Shown here: positions 48,466 through 55,946 of the stretch, in pieces
Layout of the letters: each line of letters starts with the position of its first letter
Position numbering within the stretch: the stretch's first letter is position 1
DNA from: an uncultured virus (IMG/VR IMGVR_UViG_3300025133_000076)
Taxonomy: Duplodnaviria > Heunggongvirae > Uroviricota > Caudoviricetes
IMG/VR virus record: IMGVR_UViG_3300025133_000076
Reading direction: 5' to 3' (one strand)
Length of the DNA: 64,000 nucleotides
Program-made: the position numbers and the translations under genes
The notes under the pieces: model-generated
Told to the model about the DNA's origin: nothing
What the model saw: only the letters and a program-made list of their open reading frames with translations
The model's database searches: none

Positions 48466-48635
48466 GTTTAGTAACCTTGGGAAGATCCGATGCAATTCTA
48501 GTGTCGGATATATTAAAAATATATCTAAGTGAAGTTGAGAATTCCGATGAGCCAATGGAGTATGACAAGGAAGTAAGAAACCTGTTGGAGTTTGTTGAGA
48601 TTCAGCTTAATTCCATTGCTGAAGAAGCTGAATGA
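48462..48635 (+). CDS. Small hypothetical protein
   Basis: ATGA overlap. Confidence 0.55.
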   Translation: MSLVTLGRSDAILVSDILKIYLSEVENSDEPMEYDKEVRNLLEFVEIQLNSIAEEAE

Positions 48636-48695
48636 TCAATTTATTTGGGCAAAAACTTTACAATTGGTATAATAATGCAAGATAAGGAGGTCGTT

Positions 48696-48875
48696 ATGAC
48701 TACAGTAGAGACTAAGTGGGAAGAATTAAAACAGACTGTCGCCAGTCTGGAAACTGATGTAACAAAGAATGCTAATGGCAATGCTGCAGCTGGACGAAGG
48801 GCCAGAAAGGGGTTGAGAGAGATCAAGGCTCAGGCCGGAGAGCTAGTGAAGCTAACTCTGGGAAAAGAAATTTAA
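48696..48875 (+). CDS. Histone H1-like (Hc1-type) small DNA-binding protein
   Basis: GNAAAGRRARKGLREIK signature; AGGAGG RBS. Confidence 0.7.
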   Translation: MTTVETKWEELKQTVASLETDVTKNANGNAAAGRRARKGLREIKAQAGELVKLTLGKEI

Positions 48876-48899
48876 TCTAACAAAATAATATATATCTTA

Positions 48900-48939
48900 G
48901 GCCACCACAGTGTTAATTCTGTGGTGGCTTTTCTTTTTT
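48900..48939 (+). terminator. Intrinsic terminator
   Basis: GCCACCACAG...CTGTGGTGGC plus T-tract. Confidence 0.8.
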
Positions 48940-49004
48940 ATTGATTTTGTGATTAATATATTAATAATCAAAATAGAGGTAAGAATCTCGGAGGATTTAC
49001 TGTA

Positions 49005-49499
49005 ATGATTAACGAACTTATTAAGCTGGCCACTCATCTTGATGGTCGAGGTCTTACTGAAGAAGCGGATTACTTGGATAGGGTAATTAAAAACGCAGCG
49101 GAAATCGAGGCCGAAGAGCACCGGGACAGCATGTCTGGTGGCGATCATGCGGCGGTGTTGACCAACGGCGTGACATCGGAAAAGATGCGTAGTATAAAAT
49201 GCCACTTAGACGGGTCAATGGTTCCATTCAAGGGGTCGTATAATCCTGGAAGCCCAAATCAGGGAATAGAGGTGAGGCACACCAGAGCAGTCGAGCATTA
49301 CAGAGCTAGCGATAAACTGAATCAAGAGCAACGAACTGAGATCTTGGCCTATCTAGATAGGCTTAAGGCTGACCGAGAAATGACTCCTCCTAAATATGGA
49401 GGATATACATGTCCAAATTATGTTAAGTGGCTGCCCTCGGGTGTAATTTGGACGGGAGATGGAAAAGCTGTAACTCCCGGCGAGGGCGAATGGAGATAG
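49005..49499 (+). CDS. Leader-tagged hypothetical protein embedded in the early region
   Basis: MINELIKLATHLDGRGLTEEADYLDRVIKNA; TAATAT upstream. Confidence 0.85.
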   Translation: MINELIKLATHLDGRGLTEEADYLDRVIKNAAEIEAEEHRDSMSGGDHAAVLTNGVTSEKMRSIKCHLDGSMVPFKGSYNPGSPNQGIEVRHTRAVEHYRASDKLNQEQRTEILAYLDRLKADREMTPPKYGGYTCPNYVKWLPSGVIWTGDGKAVTPGEGEWR

Positions 49500-49588
49500 T
49501 CTCGGGCAAAAGTTTGACATATTAAACAAAGAAAGGCTCACCTAGCGGTTAAACTAGATGAGCCTTATGTTTTATGAAGAGAGTTTAT

Positions 49589-50047
49589 TTACTCTTCATC
49601 ACCGTCATCAGAGGGAGCATCAGACGGGCTTCCAGCAAGCTGACTCCCAGCGGCTTGGACTGCGCCAAGAGTACCGGAGAGAAGCTCGCAGACTTCGCCA
49701 AACATTGCCAAAGGAATCTTGGCTGGCTTAGCACCCTTACCGCTTCTAGTGCGGAAGGTGACAAGACCATCATCAACTCGGATGGTTCGACGGATAGTTT
49801 CGGCAGGAGAATACTGTTCGTCTTCTCGCTCCTCGATACCTTCATCAGCATAGCCCAGAAGGGTGCTGACAACCTCTTCGTAGTCCTCGACCGGAACGGT
49901 CTGAGCACCACTTCCCTTGCCACGGTTAGTGGCAAAGCTAACCAGCGGAGTGCCATCGTCATCAAGGCTGACACTCATCGTCTGACGAACCGTCTGAATC
50001 GGGGACTCGTTATTGTCGTTTTGAAAAATTGCAGTTTTGTCGCTCAT
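49589..50047 (-). CDS. Triplicated hypothetical protein, copy 3
   Basis: Paralog of 39162 and 42719; own promoter motif. Confidence 0.85.
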   Translation of the reverse strand: MSDKTAIFQNDNNESPIQTVRQTMSVSLDDDGTPLVSFATNRGKGSGAQTVPVEDYEEVVSTLLGYADEGIEEREDEQYSPAETIRRTIRVDDGLVTFRTRSGKGAKPAKIPLAMFGEVCELLSGTLGAVQAAGSQLAGSPSDAPSDDGDEE

Positions 50048-50413
50048 TTTTATATTTTCCTATTCGGATTGGTTGGTGCAGGGATCATCCCTACACCCAA
50101 GGATAGTTGGTGCAGAATTAGAAATGGAAAATTAATTTAGATATTGAATATAACTAATGAAGCACCCGCCGCCCAGCGGGGCAAAAGTTTAACATACCTA
50201 TCTTATGGATATTAAATCGTACCAGGTGTTCGGGCTCTTGGATTTAATTGACTTTAAATAAGAGTTTAAAACTAATTAAGATATATATTTAAAGTCAATT
50301 AAAATTTCCTTCAGGGACATCTCTGGCTTTAGCATGGTTTAAATCATTATTTAAAGCAAAATAAGATAGGGATTTAAGGGCAGCTCGTTTTCCGCCGGAC
50401 TTCGAGATCAACT

Positions 50414-50827
50414 TTAATCCTCTTTAGATATATATCTTTCGGCATACATTTCAATTAAATCAAATAATAAATCAGGGGTAGGTATAAAGTGCTCGTTCCT
50501 CAGCTCACTTGCCGGCAACCATTTAGAGTCCATGCTTTCCCAATCTAATTTAATATCTCCTTTATATTTATCGGCAATAAAGAATACGATATCTTTGTCG
50601 GGGTCTTTGGTTATTGTATAGAAATAAAGGAGATCATCAGATTTGATTTTTAAACTTGTTTCTTCCCTCACTTCTCTTACTGCACATTCCTCTGCTGTTT
50701 CTCCTTTATCGGCGCCACCTCCAGGCAAGCACCAATACTCAGGATAAGTATCACAAGCAGGACTACGCCGCACTATAAGGATCTCTCCTTTTTTATTAAA
50801 GATGATTACAACACCAGCATAAAGCAT
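50414..50827 (-). CDS. Nudix hydrolase
   Basis: Nudix box WCLPGGGADKGETAEECAVREVREETSL. Confidence 0.9.
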   Translation of the reverse strand: MLYAGVVIIFNKKGEILIVRRSPACDTYPEYWCLPGGGADKGETAEECAVREVREETSLKIKSDDLLYFYTITKDPDKDIVFFIADKYKGDIKLDWESMDSKWLPASELRNEHFIPTPDLLFDLIEMYAERYISKED

Positions 50828-51209
50828 AAGTTAAATCTCCAAAGGTCACAGCCCACCCGGGCAAAAGTTTCACATACCTATGTAATAAAGGTTAACACCA
50901 ATAAATTATACCACAGGGGAAACGATCACTTAGATATTATTTCTTTATTTTTCTGCACCATCTATTCCGATGTGGAGGCGTATGTCTCCATTTTATTATG
51001 GACTTATATAGGGTATAGAAAACAGCCTCTATAATAATGATTATTATAAATGAAAGTTTATATTACTATTTACCATTAGATTAAGGCACCATAATATTTA
51101 ACATAATTTCTTATTTTATTTTTAAACTTTTTTAACCAAACTAGGTAAAATTTACCTAGTATCTTTTCAAATAGAAACATTCTATTTAACAAAACAAGGA
51201 GCACCTTTT

Positions 51210-51668
51210 ATGTCACATTCAGATTCTAGATTAAACTTCTATGTAGCTCAAGTTTCTAGCAGGGTCTATGACCTTTTCAATTTAAACACAGATAATAAAA
51301 TACTATCTTCTGTAACGTCAGAAGAGTTAAGGGATTTTTTGGTTCTTAATGATCCAAATCATCCCTTTTTGTTTTTTAATCAAGAGACAGATGATTTACT
51401 TGCTTGCTTTAAACACGAATCACCTTTGACTGATAGACTTATGAGTAGGATAGAAACAACTGCAGATTATAATTTCTATGACCCTACATTCTATGAAACA
51501 AATTATACATATAATACATCAGATGATTATTTGACAACACCATACGGTGAACAATTATCTTTTTCTTTTGCCAGTAAGAATGAAAGTAAAAACCAGGAAG
51601 AAATATCTGTTGAGAAATATAATGTGTTACCATTCATTCCCGATGATAAAATAGATTCAGAGGAATAA
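51210..51668 (+). CDS. Hypothetical protein
   Basis: AGGAG RBS; 152 aa. Confidence 0.7.
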   Translation: MSHSDSRLNFYVAQVSSRVYDLFNLNTDNKILSSVTSEELRDFLVLNDPNHPFLFFNQETDDLLACFKHESPLTDRLMSRIETTADYNFYDPTFYETNYTYNTSDDYLTTPYGEQLSFSFASKNESKNQEEISVEKYNVLPFIPDDKIDSEE

Positions 51669-52205
51669 CAATAAAGATTCCAAATACCAATAGGATTAGG
51701 TTCCACTAACCCTTAAAGGGCGATTCGTTAATCAAAACGGGTCGCCTTTTTTAATATATACATAGGGGAAGTAAATTTTATCCCAGGGGCAGCCCCTTTG
51801 TTTTTCTGGGGGACAAAGCAACCTTTATTCTGTGAGAAAAAAACCTTTTTCTGTGGTAATAGACGACCCTTTTTCCTGTGAACACAAAAAGTTATTTTTC
51901 CGGTGAAAATTCTTGAACTTTTCTGTAAAAAACGTAAAAAACGGCGCAGGCTTCCTTTTTGCACAGACCCTTTTTTCGACCTTTCATATAAGAAAAAACG
52001 GAAAACCAAAAAATTTTACTGGGATATTTTTTCAAACTTTTGTATAAGAACAAAGGCTAGTAAACCCGCAGCTCGTGGTGTCGTCGCAGTTTAGCTTCGC
52101 CCACACGCGGTATACAAAGCGCACACACACGCATGTAAAATAAATAAAATGGGCACACACACGCGCATACTAATAAAACAAATAAGCTATAAGGGCAGGA
52201 TTACA

Positions 52206-52790
52206 ATGATGAGCAAAGAAATAAAAGAACTTGTTTGTATAGCTAATGAGTTAGACGACCGTGGCCTTATGTCTGAGGCTGATAAGCTAGATGAGTATCT
52301 GACCCAAAGTATTGACTCGGACCAAGCGTTATTAAATTTAATAGAGAAATATGAATCAGGGGAAGTAGCTTCCGATGATGAGGGGCCAGAAGCAAAGTTT
52401 TTAGATCCAGTGATTTGGGCCGTAATAGTTTCTCTGGGTGGACAGATAGCTGCATGGCTAGGAAAAGAAATCTGGAAAGTTTTTGTTGGTTATCTTAGGA
52501 GTAGATCAATAGATTATGCCATGAGATATTTGGCAACAAAGATCTTTGAGAGATACGTTGAAGATCCAGACTCAAGAGTGTGGGGAGAGGGCTTAAAGAT
52601 TTTTGGGACCGTCAAGAATCTGCGACCAAACAAAGAGATGTTAAGCAAATTGAATGAAGAACAAAAGATGGCATTTGTAGAAAATGTTTTAGAGAAGATT
52701 CAATCAGATTATGCAAAGCCATTTAGTATAAATGTAGATGATATTATGATAGAAATGTTCCCGGAGTTATTTTCGGAAGATGCAGCGTAA
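52206..52790 (+). CDS. Leader-tagged protein with a hydrophobic segment
   Basis: MSKEIKELVCIANELDDRGLMSEADKLD; start moved to ATG 52206. Confidence 0.8.
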   Translation: MMSKEIKELVCIANELDDRGLMSEADKLDEYLTQSIDSDQALLNLIEKYESGEVASDDEGPEAKFLDPVIWAVIVSLGGQIAAWLGKEIWKVFVGYLRSRSIDYAMRYLATKIFERYVEDPDSRVWGEGLKIFGTVKNLRPNKEMLSKLNEEQKMAFVENVLEKIQSDYAKPFSINVDDIMIEMFPELFSEDAA

Positions 52791-53295
52791 AAAAGCCTTT
52801 ATTATAACGGGTCCAGAATCAAGCGGTAGTGTTTATATATCTAGGATAATTTCATGGGTTGTCAATAAAGATAAAGTCTATGGAGATTGGAATGGATATG
52901 GAATGAATGGTAGAGTGGGAGATAAGATCGTATGTCTCCATAGGTCACAGCCGTTCGGGAAAGATAAAAGATTCTTTTCCCTAAGTGAATTTGAATCTCT
53001 TCTCAACGGTTATGATATTTATTTTATCATTGCCACTAGGGACGGATCTATATCAAATAGGTCTAAGAAGAAAAGGTTTAAACATACTGTCGAAGAAATG
53101 AAGGCACATAGGGTTAGGTCAAAAAAGATTATAAAAGAAATATTAGAGAGTAAGCATAAAAGTTTTATTTGGAATTATGAAACCTTTATGTATTTACAGG
53201 AAGTATATTTAAAAGAGTTATATGAATTCCTTGGTACAAAGAAGAGGTTTTCTCCAGGCGATATAAGAGATGCTAATATAAAGTATTTGAAGTGA
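52780..53295 (+). CDS. Sulfotransferase-like P-loop protein
   Basis: IITGPESSGS, IIATRD, WNYE...LYEFLG, DANIKY. Confidence 0.6.
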   Translation: MQRKKAFIITGPESSGSVYISRIISWVVNKDKVYGDWNGYGMNGRVGDKIVCLHRSQPFGKDKRFFSLSEFESLLNGYDIYFIIATRDGSISNRSKKKRFKHTVEEMKAHRVRSKKIIKEILESKHKSFIWNYETFMYLQEVYLKELYEFLGTKKRFSPGDIRDANIKYLK

Positions 53296-53305
53296 GGGAT
53301 TTATT

Positions 53306-54007
53306 ATGATTAAAGAATTGATTACAATAGCGAATGAACTGGATAAGCGAGGATTGGTTTCCGAGGCTTCTATTCTGGATAAGATAGCCGGGGATATTCT
53401 TCAGTTTGATTTAAATAGAAGAAAGAAGCCTATTGATCCAAAGCCTTCCGAAGAAGAGCCAGGAGATCTAATAGGTCTTAATAGGCGGCCAATCGCACCT
53501 CTTATGCCTCAACCAGAGACTCCTCCCTGGGCCATGTCAATAGTCCCCTTAAAGGATGCCGTTCACCGTGATCTAACAGGCGATAGTGGAGGAAGAGACT
53601 TTGAGGATGAACCCGCCCCTCTAGGATGGGATGAGATCGTAGAAAATAATTATTTTGAAAATCCTATAGTCCATCCGAATGGGGCAGAGCAAGTTGTGGA
53701 ATCAGATGAGGTTCTCAATGCATTTATTAAAGAGTATCTAACTCCCGAGACTGAGATCTTAGATGGAGATAGTATATTGGAGCATATATTGTATACGGAC
53801 TCTATGGAATTAAAAGATTATATGACCGAAGTAATGCCCGATTTAATTTCAGATTTATCGGAGAAGCTTAACGATGGTGACCCGCCAGGGCTTCATAAAG
53901 ATAGGATTATAACTCTAGCGAAAGAAATGAGCGACTATGAGTTTAATGATGATTTTAAATATATTATTGATAATATGAAACATTACTTAGAAGATTATAC
54001 ATTTTAA
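53306..54007 (+). CDS. Leader-tagged acidic protein
   Basis: MIKELITIANELDKRGLVSEASILDKIA. Confidence 0.85.
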   Translation: MIKELITIANELDKRGLVSEASILDKIAGDILQFDLNRRKKPIDPKPSEEEPGDLIGLNRRPIAPLMPQPETPPWAMSIVPLKDAVHRDLTGDSGGRDFEDEPAPLGWDEIVENNYFENPIVHPNGAEQVVESDEVLNAFIKEYLTPETEILDGDSILEHILYTDSMELKDYMTEVMPDLISDLSEKLNDGDPPGLHKDRIITLAKEMSDYEFNDDFKYIIDNMKHYLEDYTF

Positions 54008-54092
54008 TATTAACCCATGAACCGTTAGGTTCGCTGGTTGTAAAAATAATTTCGCGCCGTAAACACGACCAACTAATATTTGTAACGAAAGT

Positions 54093-54710
54093 ATGATTTC
54101 GGACAAATATAAATGTATCTTTATCCATATAGAGAGAACCGGAGGCACTTCTATAGAGCGTGCTTTATTTGGTATAACTTCGGACAAAGCCCCCCCTATA
54201 GACAAGGAGATAAAGCATCTTACCGCAAAAGAATCTCTTGAGCATTATGGTGAAGATAAATGGAATAAGTACTTTAAATTCTCTATCGTCAGAAACCCCT
54301 GGGACCTTGTGGTATCTAATTTCTTCTTCCCCTGGTTTCATGGGCCCGGCGATCATATTGACTTTAAATCTTGGGTTCAACAATTGAAGGCCGACTCCAA
54401 TAAGGTGATTAGCCACAAGAGAACCCCTCAGCTAAAGGCCGTAAGTATAAATGGATCGATCTCTATTGATTATATAATTAGATTTGAAACTTTAAAGGAG
54501 CAATGGGAGGAAGTCCGGTCTAAGCTTGGAGTAAGCTATTTACTGACAAATAATTGGAACCATAGGCTTAAGAAGTATAGTTATTTAAAAGATAGAAAGC
54601 CTTATCCTTATTATTATGATGATGAAACAATCTCTATTGTTGCCGAAAGGTTTAAGAGAGATATAGATTATTTTGGATATAAGTTCGGAGAAAATATAAA
54701 TAAAGTTTGA
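54093..54710 (+). CDS. Sulfotransferase family 2 protein
   Basis: IFIHIERTGGTS, VRNPWDLVVS, IRFETL, YYDDE...DIDYFGY. Confidence 0.85.
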   Translation: MISDKYKCIFIHIERTGGTSIERALFGITSDKAPPIDKEIKHLTAKESLEHYGEDKWNKYFKFSIVRNPWDLVVSNFFFPWFHGPGDHIDFKSWVQQLKADSNKVISHKRTPQLKAVSINGSISIDYIIRFETLKEQWEEVRSKLGVSYLLTNNWNHRLKKYSYLKDRKPYPYYYDDETISIVAERFKRDIDYFGYKFGENINKV

Positions 54711-54781
54711 GGTTAAAAATATTTTTCGCCGTAAACACGACCAACTAATATTACGAGTACAATATATAAGGATATAGGATA

Positions 54782-55633
54782 ATGATTAAAGACTTAATTG
54801 ATATTGCGAACACTCTGGATCAACGGGGACTTACTAAAGAGGCCGACGAGGTTGACTCTATTGTAGCACAGGCGACCAAAGACCCTAATCCCTTTCGTCT
54901 TATAGTAACAAAGCCCGAAGATATGATAGAGTCTAATGAGGGGCCTGGGGATCTTCGTGACACTCAGGAACTTGAAGAGTGGCGGGAGGCTAATATAAGA
55001 ATCATAAAAGAAGAGGCTAACGTACCTAGCCTGCCCGACATAGACAGAGAAGTGTTAGCTAATGATTTAAAGTTTTATATCGACGCAACTCATGAGGATC
55101 TTATTAAAGATATGAGGCGAGAAGAAGATCTTAAAGATAGCATGGAGGCATTCCGGGCAGCGGGATGGACACAGGGGGCTGACTTCGAGCCTCCGCGTAG
55201 TTCTTTTGACAAAGTTATAAACGAGGCCTCAGAGGGGGCTCTGGACTATCTTATTGAGGCCTATGGGGAAGATAGTCTCACAAGGAATCGCGATTATAAA
55301 AGTGATGGAGTTATCCTAGAAGAAATTAGGGACGATACCTCTGGGTTTTTTGAAGCAGCGTTGAAGCTGACTGAAGATGGAACTGTAGATTTAGTTTCGA
55401 TGCTCTCTATTCTTATGAAAGAAACTTTTCCAGGCAGAGAGGACGGAGTAAGTGTAGACTTTTGGAACTGGAAAGAAATCCTTAAGCCATTAACCAAAAG
55501 ATACCCTATTCAAGCAAGATGGGTTGTCTCTCAAACTGACAATCCAATGCTAAAAGCAGAACTGGAAGAATACTTAGAGGAAATAAAGCTCGAAGAATAC
55601 TTAGAGGAATTAAGCGAAGACTCTGATCTCTAA
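54782..55633 (+). CDS. Leader-tagged acidic protein
   Basis: MIKDLIDIANTLDQRGLTKEADEVD. Confidence 0.85.
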   Translation: MIKDLIDIANTLDQRGLTKEADEVDSIVAQATKDPNPFRLIVTKPEDMIESNEGPGDLRDTQELEEWREANIRIIKEEANVPSLPDIDREVLANDLKFYIDATHEDLIKDMRREEDLKDSMEAFRAAGWTQGADFEPPRSSFDKVINEASEGALDYLIEAYGEDSLTRNRDYKSDGVILEEIRDDTSGFFEAALKLTEDGTVDLVSMLSILMKETFPGREDGVSVDFWNWKEILKPLTKRYPIQARWVVSQTDNPMLKAELEEYLEEIKLEEYLEELSEDSDL

Positions 55634-55679
55634 AAATATTTTCGCCGTAAACTTACCAACTAATATTATAGATACAGTT

Positions 55680-55946
55680 ATGTTAAAAGAACTCATTAAA
55701 ATAGCGAATAAGTTGGACGAAAGAGGGTTGGCAAAAGAGGCTATTGGACTTCCTAGCATCCCGTCCTCTACCGACCCGCGAGAATGGACTTCTTATGCTA
55801 AAAAGAATTGGTCGAGGCTATATGGGCCTCATAAGCCCATAGTTAAGGAGTTACTGTCTAAAGTTAGGGATATTGCAAAGGACTATGACAGAGGGGCGAG
55901 TGCTCCACAGGTGGCTGAAGCAATCAGGCATAATGATGAGTTGTAA
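55680..55946 (+). CDS. Protein with truncated leader
   Basis: MLKELIKIANKLDERGLAKEA runs directly into IGLPSIPS. Confidence 0.7.
   Translation: MLKELIKIANKLDERGLAKEAIGLPSIPSSTDPREWTSYAKKNWSRLYGPHKPIVKELLSKVRDIAKDYDRGASAPQVAEAIRHNDEL

Larger units (their letters stand above)
24369..50874. repeat. Dispersed 16-bp element GGGCAAAAG(A/T)TT(G/T)ACA, ~45-50 copies
   Basis: e.g. 25264, 25407, 26885, 27391, 28095, 30973, 33589, 34013, 38050, 41575, 42576, 49504, 50859; almost all intergenic, mostly + strand, some as inverted pairs. Confidence 0.85.
54041..55667 (+). repeat. Three ~40-bp intergenic repeats AAAAATA-T-rich-CGCCGTAAAC...ACCAACTAATATT (54041-54080, 54714-54752, 55631-55667)
   Basis: Each lies between a stop codon and the next gene start. 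Confidence 0.85.

Noticed and set aside
24369..50874. GGGCAAAAG repeats as a CRISPR array or integron attC sites
   Set aside because: Only 16 bp, irregular spacing, mixed orientation, no cas or integrase gene, no GTTRRRY cores
51728..52094. Lys/Phe-rich ORFs on both strands
   Set aside because: Products of A/T homopolymer runs with no RBS
55565..55610. Duplicated GAAGAATACTTAGAGGAA (EEYLEE twice)
   Set aside because: A simple local in-frame duplication with no wider pattern
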